Assembly: GCA_951406725.2 (NCBI GenBank)
Contig: OX597815.1
Span: 93,062,001-93,126,000, forward strand
DNA length: 64,000 nt
From: Octopus vulgaris
Lineage: Eukaryota
Reading direction: 5' to 3'
The first letter of the stretch is position 1; every line of letters starts with the position of its first letter. The notes under the pieces were generated by a model. The model searched no databases. It saw only the letters and a program-made list of their open reading frames with translations, and was not told the origin of the DNA. A program made the position numbers and the translations under genes. Below are positions 14,031-27,874 of this stretch, piece after piece.

Positions 14031-14809
14031 ATAGTAGTATATATTTTTAGTTCCCAAACATCTGACATTATTTCCATAAGTTTTCATTTTGTTTTGTTTG
14101 ATAAACAACTACATCATAGCAGTCATGATAACTATGAAAAAAGCACACACTGTTATATGTATTTTAATTATATTTTGTAACACTACAAGGTGCTGCCATA
14201 TGGTTAAAAGCTTGTTTTGCAACCACATAGTCTCAGGTTCAGTCTGACTGTGCAAGAGTCTTCTACTATAAGCCTTGGGCCAACTGATTTCTTTGTGTAG
14301 AATTTATGGATGGAAACTGTATGGAATCCTGCCAAGTATGTGTGATGTTATCATTTCTACTTCTTTGTACAAGACCATCTGAACCACAAATGGCATCATT
14401 ATACTCATATTTCTGCAGCTCTGAAGTCTTGAAATTTAGTGGACTAAAAAAACAACAGCAACCCTCCCCCATTTCAAAGAATAGGTGCGGGTTGGCAAGA
14501 GGTAGAACATCCAGCTGTAAAATACTGCCTCATATAAGTATCTGTCCAACATATACCAGCATATAAAAACTAACATAAAGCAAACTATTAAGTATTGAAA
14601 TCTTCCATTATATTTCTCTGTATAATCTTCCATTATATTTCATGTATTAAATCATGGTTGTATTCCTCAACAGCTAAAACAAATCAACATGACAGCCCTT
14701 CTACACTAACTTCACATACAATACTAGGACAAAGGAACAATGAAATAACCTCTGAGTAGAAACTTGACCAACCAGATCTTCCTCCTATCACACACTACTG
14801 TCTTAAAAA

Positions 14810-15110
14810 CTATAGGACTAAAATATGCTAGTACTAAAAACCAAGTACTAAAACATATTAGATAAACTATTTACTAAAATGAATTAGTTAAAAATATATT
14901 AAAACATGCTATATAAAATGATACTAAAGTGTATTTGTTAATCATGTGGTACTAAAGCATACTACCTAAAGCTATGATGCGAAAACATACTTACTAAACT
15001 AGGGTACTAGACCTAGCTACTTAAAACTAAGGTACTAAAGCATGCTAATTAAACTATGATACTAAAACATACTAGTTAAAACTCTGGCACAAAAATTGCT
15101 TATCAAAAAT
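14810..15110. repeat. Degenerate minisatellite (gtactaaa.catg..a.ttaaactat, about 27 bp)
   Basis: Periodic ACTAAA motif. Confidence 0.65.
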
Positions 15111-16351
15111 CTAAAAGAATTTTGCTGGAAGTAAAGTTAATAAAGTTTAGAGGAAAAGTAAATGAACTAATATATTGAAGTTGATTAGTTTCAGGTAAAG
15201 CATGACTAACAGAGCTATGATCAAAAGCATTCTGGTTATGACCAACCTGTCATTTTCTTAATGATTGAATACCTTGAAGTACATTGTTTTTGTTAAGGTA
15301 TATATAAGGATGTTGAGTAGCTATTTCTGATAAATTTAGCAACAATATTAGAAACTCTTTTGATGCAGCCAATAACGAATGTGTATGACACTTCTAATTA
15401 CAATGTTGCAATAATGCCTGCTTAATAAGTGAAGGGGCAGCTGGGTTCAAACCAAGATGTCATATGATTTTAGTCTCTTCATGTGTTAAGTGTAAACTTT
15501 TTTCAACTGAGAGAGTACCAAAAATATTTGATTGAGATGCTAAGATCTGGAGTCTGTCTGAGATTAACAACATTCATCTGGGATTAACAACCCCACCCCC
15601 ATCTGACTTGACCTCATGAATAGATTTACATCTCATGCCTTAAAAAAGACTTAAAAAAAGTTATCGACAATTTTTATGAGCATGATCACTAAACTAAAGA
15701 CTAAGACTTTGAACGAGCTTGTATCACATTTATCACAATAACAAGTTTTCCTTTAACTTAATTTAGAACTCTCATACAATATTTTGTTGCTTTTCTTGTG
15801 CCTCCTGAATACAAAGGAAGATATTGCATATGTGAGGTATCAACTGATTTCCAGTAAATGAAATAATGAAAATATGGTTATAAAAGTATAAAGAATTCTA
15901 AAGTGCCAACTAAGTTCTTTTCTTATTGTTTTTTTTTTTGTCGCTGTACAGCTTATGGCTATTTTTATCTCACATCTTGTCTCATTTTTCATTTCATTAT
16001 CTCCTGTCTTGTTATCACTACTCTGCCTTCAAAACAAACACATACTTGGCAACAAAAACTCTAGGTTGTTATGTAACATTATCTCATTTCCTTCTCTGTC
16101 AATAGTCTCAAGACAATAAGGGAATAAAAAAAATATTTAACATAGGTGCAAAGCATGGAATTTTGGAGAGGAGGTTACTTGATACAATTAACCCCAAAAC
16201 TTGAAGGAAAGTTTATTTCATCAATCCTAGAGGGATGAAAAATAATGCAGAATTGAAATCAAAATGCAAAGAGCCAAGATGAATACCACAAGGCATTTTT
16301 TCTGATACTGTAATGATTCTAACAATCCACTGCTAATAATAATAATAAAAA

Positions 16352-16386
<35 letters not shown>

Positions 16387-16391
16387 TAATA

Positions 16392-16432
<41 letters not shown>

Positions 16433-19400
16433 CGTGATAATGATTTCCGATCAAGGTACAAGGTTAGTAATTTTTAGAGGAGGGGTTTAGCTAATTGTGT
16501 TGCCCCTGATATTTTATTTTATAAGACTATGAAAAGTAAAGCTGACTGCTGTGGGATTTGAATTCAAAATGCAAAGAACCATAGGTATATAGTTTCTCTG
16601 ATGCTCTAGCAATTCTGCTAGCCTACTACTCTTGCAATAATAATAATAACAGTGTGACATGTTACAAAAAGTTTGTCTTGAAGGTTACAAAGAAATCAAA
16701 TGAAAGAAAAAGAAAAGGTATACACAGTAGACAAATGTGTGATAGAGCCTCAGATAGGAAGATCACCAATCTAGGTACTACACAGACTCAAGACTAACCC
16801 TGATCACGAAGGGTAAGGGCTCTAATCAGTAAGAAGATGGGTCTAAGTGAAACCAAGAGTGACAAGAACAGGCTAAATCAGTGAAGAGGATTACAACATC
16901 AAGTGTTATTTTCGTGATATAAATTACAAGAGAGAGAAGAGCTGAGGAAATGTGGGGCTCCATATTAATTGTTATATAAAAATACCACACAGCCTAACTA
17001 CTGCAGCAAAAGAATTGTAAGTATTTACAGTGTGTTAGTTATCAGTAATACTATTGAGTGCTCTGGCCATATTATCACAGCTCGGGACCTCTATGATTGT
17101 ATCCTGGGGGTTGGGTAGACAAAAAATAAACAGGTGGGCACAAAGTCAGAGATGAAGTAATGATATCAAGGGCTGGACAGGAAGGGCTGTAGAAGAGAAT
17201 TTAGCTGCAATATATGACTGCAGTGTGAGATGAGGAATACTGGTTGAGCCTGAGGCCCCCAGAGCCCATAGCTATGCAGACGGGATATTTATTCATTCAA
17301 TACCATTAAATAATTCAAACTGTTAGAAATCAATAACACTAGCTATTGAAAAACCAATAAAGTTAGCTAATTGCAACTAATTTTACTAGTTAATCTCAAC
17401 CATTAACATTATCCACTAACAAAATTACATGTCAAATTATAAGCAACCAATTTGCTAGCAACTAGAAATACTATTGCAGATGCTAACTTATTAGTAACCA
17501 ATTTAACTAGCTATGAGTAAGATGATTGAATATGTCAAGAAACAACTAACCAGTAGAGTAAGCTATTAGCAACACTATTAGGTAAGGTAAACTACAAGTA
17601 ATATTAACTATAGTCAATTTCTGATCAATGATAACTGTGTGTGAGCAAACCTGCTGGCAATATGTATGATAATAATGTGTGAGAGTATGGTTAGTAGCCA
17701 TGTATGTGGATGATGACTATGTGCGCTTATGAATGACAACCATAAGTCTGTGAATGTGTAGAATGTGACCAAATGTGTGAATATGATGGTAACCACATGT
17801 GTGTGTGTGTTTGTGTATGAATAAAAAAAGCTCACTGTTATTTTCTTCCTATAAAAATCTCTGCAGAAGATATACTTTTACATTTTGGCAATATAGACTG
17901 ATAGGTTCTGAATTCACTATTTGCTGCAGAAATGTAAGATGAACTGAAGGTAAGGACTATGGCAGCATTCAACAACTTAAACAAGGAGACCATCCAGAAG
18001 AGATGCAAGAGATTCTGAAGTTGTCTGGAGGCCGTGGTTGAAGCCAATGGTGATTTTATAGAATAAATTTACTCTTTAGAATTTCTAGATATTTTTATGT
18101 AACTTTGGCAAATATATCTGTTAAAATGAGATGTCAGTGTTATTTTCATCTTTACATAACTTAAACAATATCCATGACACTGCACCCCCTCATACCTCAC
18201 TACTGATTCAAAACCTGGTAAATAATGGCAGCTTCTTTGATAAATCTTTAAGATTTATGTCTTTGGTTACCACTGTTTTTTGTGGAGATGCATGGCTTTG
18301 TGGTTAGGGTGCTACACTTATGAACACAAGATCATGGTTTCAATATCCAAACTGGGCAGTGGATTGCACTCTTGAGCAAAGCACCTCATTTCATCCAGTT
18401 GTAAATGAGTAAGTTTGTGACCGACTGGTATCCTGTTCAAGGCAAATGTTGTGATCCTTTATATGCCATAGAATCCAGGTAACTTGCCCTACAGCTCTTA
18501 GGACTGAAAACAGTACTTGACATTTTTTTACCACTGTTTCTCACCTAAAGTAATCCAATTTACTAAAGGTAGCTGCTAAATCTCCCTCAAATCACATCCT
18601 ACTGCCTTAGAAAAGGACACGTTAGACAATGCAGTCCTTGGTTCCCTACACAGAGGGAAAAGACAGGATGGTCACAACTTGAATGCATCTCCTCAATGAA
18701 AGTTGACCTGGGCAAGATGATATAAGAAAAAGCTCAACATATTGAACCACATTGAACAAATTCCCTTAGTGTTCAACCTCTTAGAAATAGTAGGCAAATA
18801 TCTCTCAAATTAAACCCTGATATTAATTTAAGAAAAGGTAAAATAAGATAATGCCATCCTAGATATACCCTTAATAAGAGAGGATTGTTACAGATGTGAT
18901 GTCTTTGATTATAGGTGTGATCAGTCAGTATTAATTGGAAACTAAGCAACAACAACAACAAACAAAACAGATCTCCTGAAGTATTTCTTAATATTAATTC
19001 TAGGCATTTTTTTTTAGTTATATGTATAAGTGCTTTGAAGGTAAGAGTAGATGTATGAATAGTAGCTGTGTATGTGGATAGTGACCATGTGTATGAATAT
19101 GAATGGTAGCCACAAGTGTTTGTTTGAAGAGTTGAGAACCATATGTGATTATGGATGGTAACCATGTGTGTATGTGTGCACACACTTGTGGATGGTGATC
19201 ATATGTAGCTAAATGGGTGTATATGTGCAGATGGTAACCATATGTCTGTGTATGGATAGTAGCAACATGTCAATCTAATGCTCTGCCACAAGAAGATATT
19301 CACATGTATGCTTCGACTATAGCTACATGTTTAACATGTTGTTTGCATCAAGATAATACCCACATGTGTGTGAGCAGAAGATAACCATGTGTTAACATAT

Positions 19401-20561
19401 GCATTCCACCTAAAAATAGAAACACTTAACAAAAGAACATTTCATTATAATAACATTGTTCTTAGGGGCCATTGAAGAACAATCTAGACTAAAACTATCT
19501 GAAGTACCTTACACAGCATCTAATATAGCTATCTCCTCGTTCAACTACCTCCTCTCTCTATCTCTATCTGCTCATTCAGATGAGATGAAGAAAACAAAAG
19601 ACAACACAAACTGTAGATATTTCTTATACATTTAATCATATCTCATTTAGTTTTCACAGCTGACAAACGTATGATGATGATAATGACACTGAAGATGACA
19701 ACAATGATGATGATAATGATGATAATGATGATGATAATAATGAAAAACTGGTACTTAGGCAATAATAGATTGACAGCCAGCAAAAATAAGCATTCTCAGA
19801 GATCGGTTATTGCAGTAGACAGATACAGGTAAATATTGTACTTTGAGAACTTTCAGCATGTCTTTTTCATTTACATGAAGCAGCCAGCATATTAATTCAG
19901 TTTGGAATAAACCATTCCCATAGTTAGGAAGATCTCATTTCTTTTAGTTCTTTTATCTCAAGAGAAGAAATTGTGATGGAAGGGAGGGATAAACAGTAAC
20001 TCACGACTGGATATTTCAATAAAATTCTTAGTTTGGTTTACTTCACTATTTATTTTACACACACACATATATGCATTAATATATTTTTAGCCAAAGTATC
20101 TCAATGATGCAGGCATATACATAAACACGACTAGACTATAACTAAGGAGAGTTATTGCAATTCAGTTTCTTGGTGAAGAATGCAGACCGGAAGTGGGCAC
20201 CCATTTATCAATTCATTCTAGAAGTTGTATATTCAATATTGGTTTACAATGAATTGGTTTCATATAATCGACTGTTGAAAGACAAACAATTATATAAAAA
20301 GGTGTCTGTTAATAATATAGCATAATAGCATACATGTACCAACAGATTATACACAATATATATATATATATTTTTCATATACAAATACACACATGTAATC
20401 TCTCTCTCTCTCTCTTTATATTTATATATATATACATCATTAATTAAATACATTCTGTGAGAATATTATACACTGAATTTCTAATAAGTGCTCTTTGTGT
20501 AAAGTGTCAAAAATATTAATACTATAAAGTATTTAGACATTTAATATGAGTGATTATATAT

Positions 20562-20775
20562 ACTGTATTTTGAAATAATAGCATGAAATTTAATATAAAA
20601 AAAATTTCTGATGAAGATATGTGTGTCTTAAATAGTATTGTATTAAAAATATATGTAAATATGTCATATTTCATATATTTACATATGTCTTTAATACAGT
20701 ACTATTTTAGACACATATATCGTCATCAGAAATTTTTTTGATATTAAATTTCATGCTATTATTTCAAAATACAGT
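20562..20775. repeat. About 214-bp palindrome
   Basis: actgtattttgaaataatagcatgaaatttaatat... mirrors ...atattaaatttcatgctattatttcaaaatacagt. Confidence 0.9.
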
Positions 20776-20894
20776 TATATATATATATATATATATATAT
20801 ATGAATTGTATACAGACATATATGCATGTAGACATATATCTATGTCTACATGCATATAATGTTTATATACATTCTATACGTGCAACACACGTAC

Positions 20895-20937
<43 letters not shown>

Positions 20938-20940
<3 letters not shown>

Positions 20941-21136
20941 ATCCAAAAAAACACAACAACGTGAGGACGTGGAACAAATATAGTATTATTGGATGCTCAG
21001 GAAAGAAGGGAAGAAGGAGGGTTTAACGTTTCGAGCGGAGCTCTTCGTTGGAAACATAGGAGAAGGAAAGATCCCGAGAAGGGAAAACAGAGGGAAAAAA
21101 ATCACCAACGGTACACACGAGGTCACATTTTGAAAG

Positions 21137-21138
<2 letters not shown>
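20938..21138 (-). mobile_element. Penelope-like terminal repeat fragment inserted in (TA)n, with a degenerate minimal hammerhead
   Basis: CpG-rich 200-bp unit between TA runs. Minus strand reads GTTTC-CAACGA-A-GAGCTCCGCTC-GAAACGTTAAAC. Confidence 0.55.
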
Positions 21139-21182
<44 letters not shown>

Positions 21183-21769
21183 TACATATAAACAAACTGT
21201 GCATACACTACATGTACACAATAGATATATAAATATAATACATATATGAACACTATGTACACACTATTCACATGTATATGAAAACAACATATTATACATT
21301 GTCCTTTTGTTCTCTTTTCTAAAAATCAGTACTTCATTCACCAACATATTGTGTTGATTTTGGTACAAGGCCACAAATTTGGCAAAGGGTATATTCAGTT
21401 ATACTGACCCCCAACTCTTGACAGAGTTTATCGATCTCAAAACGACAAAAGGTAACACTGATTTTGTCAGGATTAATACAGGACATAAAGAGCTGTAACT
21501 AAATACAGAATGGCATTTTGTCCAACACTAACAATATTTTGTAATTCAACAAATACCATATTACCAATAAAAATCTATGAACCATATTAAGATTTTCCTT
21601 TATTCTGTCATTCTTAGATAAAATAGACAGAAAGTAAACAGGCAATATAGACTCTTTGTATGATGTATGTGTTAAAACTAACATTGTTTTTTTCTAGCAG
21701 GAAAATAATATCTGCTCTTCAACTGAACCAATATATAGCTGGGTAAATATAAAAAGTAAATAATAATTT

Positions 21770-22870
21770 ATTAAACATACTTGGTGCTACAGGTTTCAGC
21801 GATCAGAGTTTATGTATTCTGGGTAATGCAGCAAATTATTTTCATTAGCACCAATAATGTAGTTGGGATAATAAAAATAGTTTTTAGTCTTCAGTTAAGT
21901 TTATATTTGCTGCAACAACACAAATAAATATGTGAGAAGCACTTCTTATTGTAGGGAGTTTACCAGCAGGTGTTGATGGTGTAAAACAAGTGCTTCAGGT
22001 AGATGGAACTTGTCAGCCAGGAAGGCAGTGCATTTAAGGCAAACTCTGATTGAGTGGGTGCTGACCAAAACTCCTAGTCAAGCTGACAAAAGCAGTTACG
22101 TACAATCCAGGGATTGTGTGTCACCAACACCTACTTTTAGAATAAAGCCCAGCACAGTGTGTCTTGGAGATATTTCTGCTCTAAATATTGGTACAAGCTA
22201 GACCTGACACTTAAAAAAATTCCACCACCTGAGAAATGAGATTATGACTCAATCCTTTCAGCACAAATTATCCTCACTTCCCTGTTATTTGTTGTAAGAT
22301 TAAACTGCAGCCAAAGAATCACACTACATCAAGCCTCTGGGCAAGCACTATATTGATGCCAGTAAGACAAGACACCTAGACAAAGTAGAGTTCCTTAAGT
22401 CACTGGAAGATGCTCTGTTTGCAAACCCACAGAAGGAAATGCTCAGCTGAAATGGAATTCACTTTGGGACACTATCCACACATCTGTATTCAAGAAGTAC
22501 TGCACTTTGGGGAGAAATGGATGAGATACAGAACTTGAAGTGACCTCGAGTAAGCTCAGTTGTCATTGAGGCCAAGTGCACTGCGTTACATAAACATAAA
22601 CACTACACCACCCTGGTAACTGTTGCAAGCATTAAGAACAGCAAGAAGCAAAGGATCAAAAAACATCTAGGTGCTGTGAAAATGACTATTGGCTATGACT
22701 TTGCAAGAGTGTTCAGTAATCATTTAACATCCATGGAGTGTAGAAAGAGATTAAGAAAGCCATTGACACAAGCAAGAATGAAGCAGCTGAAAACCAAAAT
22801 AATCTGGATGACCCTTCTAACAGCATTATTAAGGTTTCCTAGAAGAGTCTTCACAGTTTAATGTTGTTTC
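21770..22870 (+). mobile_element. Probable decayed retroelement remnant, unclassified
   Basis: Coding-like composition with broken frames and no splice-compatible link to the gene. Confidence 0.3.
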
Positions 22871-23749
22871 TGTTAAGATTGACAAAAAGCAACAGAATGA
22901 ATACAAGGGAGCATGATTGTAGAGGATGAAAGAAAATGGAGAGGATGGTGAGGGTAAAAGTGATTGTAGCAAGAGGAAAGAAAGCATTGACAGTGGTAAT
23001 GGGAGAGATATAGTAATGGTAATTGCATGTTAACTAGTAAGAGTGATGGATATCAGTAAGAGGTGACCTGAGAGAATAAGACCTGAGCAGAACATGAGGA
23101 GAGAATAGAAAGGGTGTATCAAAAACCTATACATCATCACTCATGCATTGTGATTGGAGGGGAGGAGTAATTGAGAGACAGATAATGGTAAAGGTGGTTG
23201 AGTGTGCATAGATTTTATATTATCCCTAATTCCAAGGGTGGCATCATACAGTGAATAGGAGTGACAGAAAGTTGAGTGGATATAGAATAGGCAGCAAAGG
23301 CAGCAGATGGAGAATTGCAGAGTTCAAAATGGGTGAAAGGCTCATATGTAGATATACATTATACATTCCAATCTCCATCCCTTCCCTCATTTTAACATAA
23401 ATTTTTCCATGCCTGCACAGATGGTTGAATTTTCTCCAGTACCATATGTCACTGATCATCATGGTTACTTGTCATCTACTTTGGGAAGTGCAATATCTTA
23501 AGATCAACCTTCACCACTTCAACCTATATTCCCTGTTCTATAGGTTTCAAGCACTTCGAGCATTTGGCACATCATTATACTACAATCTTCCATTCATTTC
23601 ACATGGCTGAACTAGTGCAGGTTTCTCTCTTGCACACTACATCTGATTCCTCTTATATCTAATTTTCTTTCAGCCCATTTGTAGCCCATTGTTCAAGCAC
23701 ATCACATGCTCACTTTATTTCTTTCTAGTCTTCATAAATCCTTTGCATG

Positions 23750-24290
23750 AAAAACCAATGTTCCATTATTATAGGTAAAAGTTTTGTGAACTTTTTCTAG
23801 TGAGTTTTTACTCAGGTTACCATACTTTTGGAACATCTGTCTTTACTGCTAATTAAGTCACCTAAGTAACAGAAGCTATTAATTACTTTAAGAGAGCCTT
23901 CCAAACATTTATGAGAATCAATTTCTTATGAGTTCTTAATGCTTATTGCTGAAGACTGAGCTTTGGTAGAACCCTTGCTAATAATATCTTTGTACTAAGT
24001 TTGTATAACCAACACAATCCATTCATCTATACTTAGATTTCTTAACAACAACAAAATTACAGACATACAACTCTATCACAGGCCTTCCCCAAATTTAAAA
24101 ATACTAGGTACATCAGCTTTTTCAATGTTAAGTACTTCTGCAGATCTCTCCCCAGGAATAGGGGATTAGTAGTACCTCTTCCTGGCAGAAAGCCAATCTG
24201 CATCTGATCTAGGCTAATTCTATTTCTAATCAGTTGTGCTATAACTAATTCAGAAGTTCCAGTTATTAAAAGAGTTATCAATAAACACAC
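23750..24290 (-). mobile_element. Decayed RTE LINE fragment
   Basis: ORF track peptide ISLDQMQIGFLPGRGTTNPLF...LVFLNLGKACDRV is an RT motif. FCYLGDLISS remnant also present. Confidence 0.75.
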
Positions 24291-24398
24291 ACACTGATAA
24301 CTTTTTAGTAACTAAACTTCTGAATGAGTTATAGAGCAATTGATAAGGAAAAAAAATTAACTTAGATGAGATGCAGATGTTTTATATATATATATATA

Positions 24399-25067
<669 letters not shown>

Positions 25068-25324
25068 CAACTTGATTATTTCAGCAAGTGGCTAAATTAG
25101 TTCTTAATGCAACACCTGTTTTTCTCTTTTTAACTGATGTGACAAATACATTAACACACACACACACACACCTGGTGAGCATCTGCAAGGCTTCCATCTC
25201 CAAAATTCCACTTAGAAAGTTTTAGTTAACCTGAAGCTCTAAAAGAAGGCACATATTTTAGGCATCACAGAGTGGGATGGAACCGAAAACCTGCAAAGCA
25301 AACTTCTTAATCACAATACCTCAC

Positions 25325-25573
25325 CTGCACTTGACACACATAAAAATGTTCAGCAAAACTGTGAGGCTATTTTACAAGAATGGAGGAAGGACAGATGCTC
25401 TTGGAGTTTGTGATACAAATCATCATCATCATCATCATCATCATCGTTAAACGATGATGATGATGATGATGATGATGATTTGTATCACAAACTCCAAGAG
25501 CATCTGTCCTTCCTCCATTCTTGTAAAATAACCTCACAGTTTAGCTGAACATTTTTATGTGTGTCAGGTGCAG
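25325..25573. repeat. Near-perfect 249-bp palindrome
   Basis: 124-bp arms symmetric around 25449, 3 mismatches, no indels. Confidence 0.95.
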
Positions 25574-25869
25574 ATTAACTTCAGAAACCAACTAGTCACC
25601 TGATCACTTACCAAATAGAAGAATATGCTAGCTGGCTTAATTTTATAATCCTTGTGAAACCAATATAGAGAGAAATAATCAACAACCTCAGGATAAGTGC
25701 TAGATGAACTCTGAGACACCTGGACAATCTAAAGAAGGAAGACATGGAAGCTGAAAGATCTTCTGGCCAGACATACATTCAAAGACATTAGTTGATGCAT
25801 ATGATGAGAAGAAGGTAAAACAGAGACTTATAACATAGAGGACAAGTCAGAATTTCTACAAGACAAACT

Positions 25870-26770
25870 GCTGTGAACCTCAGAGCAGCTCAGTGAATGG
25901 AGCAAGGTCTTGCCAAATGGAAGGACATGATAGGGAAATACTAGAATCATAAAAGTCAAAAGGCAGGTCTGGAGAGATTAGAGAAAATCAAAGCATGAAA
26001 CAGAATAAGATAGCTAAAAGAAGACTACATGTTTGCTGGAGTTCTCTCAGTAAGAAAACCAGTGTTGTGAGCTGGATTGTAAACAAGTGTGTCAGTGTGA
26101 ATCATGACATTATTGAGGGGAAATGTGTACAGAATGATAGCAGTGCACTTGCCTGTACTGGTGCTTAGAATAAAGAGACATGCAAGGGTCATGAGAGATC
26201 ACTGAATGAGAATGCATGATAAGAGAGTCTACCCTGAGTACTGAAAATATTCAGTAAAGTAGGATATGCATAAGTCACCTTCATAAATCACATAATTCAG
26301 GGGAATGTCATACTCAGTGACTGAAATAGTAATATCATTATTGATTGTTAGAGCAAAGAAGGTACTCTTAAAAGAAGAAACAAATTAGACAGGCATCAAA
26401 TTGATGGGCCAAGTTATGACAGCAACAGAAAGAGCTACAGCACAACCAGCCAGGAAGAGAATTAGTTTAGAGATACAGTTTGAATTTATCTATCCTAGGA
26501 AGGGGTTCAACTGATGCCTTCTTATTAATGAGATAACTAAAAAAGAAATACTTAGATAAGAATAAGTCACTCTAGCTAGCATTCACTGGCTTCGAGAAAG
26601 CCTTTAACACATGCAAGCCTTGTATGATGATGACCATGATCTCACAGGTGCATCTGTTGAAAAATTAGAGAAATTCTGAACCTAGAGACAAAATCTGGAA
26701 TCAAGAGGTCTCAAAAGTAAACTTAGCAAAAACAGAAGTTTACCTCTTTTAGCAATAAAAGCATTCTCTT
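25870..26770 (+). mobile_element. Decayed RTE LINE fragment
   Basis: Remnants GIKLMGQVM, PRKG.TDAF, LAFTGFEKAF and ESRGL, homologous to 43660-45570. Confidence 0.65.
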
Positions 26771-27874
26771 TACACAAAAAGCAGATTGGGTTGTATGATG
26801 TTTGTGGATGAAATGCAATGTTGCATGGTAGTAAAACAAGAGCAAGATATGTCAAGGATGTACTACCATGCAGCACTGCAATTAACACACAAACATCACA
26901 TAAACTGCTTTTCACTCAGAGAAAAATGCCCTTTGTTGCCAGCAGACACAATGGCTCCCTAAACTTTTTTCCAGCCTGTTCTTACTCTTGATGCTCTATT
27001 TGCCAGACACTTCCCCAATCCTAATTAGATTACCTACATAGCAGTGACTGTCTATTACTTCTAGGGAACTACCTGGATATTTGAGAGAATGTATTTCCAG
27101 GGTATTCTCAGTGATTATTGCTACCATGTATGCACTTGCTATGTGAAAAGTCTACCCTCCTTATTAATCTGCCTGTGATTCCAGTGCCTCTTATGCATCC
27201 ACTGTTTACACTAAATTTCAATTACTTTTCTGCATACTGGACATAGCTTTCCCCTTGATTATAGCGGGGTTATGTCTTTTTCCCTACTTATTAAACTTTA
27301 ATCTTTCATTACTAAGCATTAAGGCCCTTCAATTTCAGATTGTGCTTACATGAATGGAATTTCTTCTCCAATTCTACAGATGCTACTGAAGAAGTCATCA
27401 GCATAGGAGTTCCTACAGGCAGTCAGTCTAGTCTTAAACTCCTCTGTAAAGAGTTGTAATCTTCTTTCTTTTACTAATTTCAACCTTAAGACTGTGATCA
27501 TAATGTGGATTTGCCTTCAACAGTTTCAGTCAATAGCTCTTGGTATGAAGAAAAGTAAGCTGACTTGGTTATAAGTAAACATCATTATATATTGTTTTTC
27601 AACATACTGATTCTACTATCCCTTACATCATCATCTTTTTATGTCTACTTTTTTGTGCTCACATGGGTTAGATGAAATTTGTTGAATCAAAATTTTCCAT
27701 TTTTTACATGGAAGATTGCACTTATCAAGACATGAGCAGATACACACACACACACACATGATGGGCTTCTTTCAGTTTCTGTCTACCAATTTCATTCATA
27801 GGGCTTTAGTTATAATAGAAGACATTTGCCCATACTCGTGTGTATGAGTGTTTTGTGTATATATGTGTGTGCAT

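Noticed and set aside
19510-19610. Minus-strand pyrimidine tract, AG and a later GTAAGG
   Set aside because: There are early stops in the frames compatible with the gene and no recognisable peptide.
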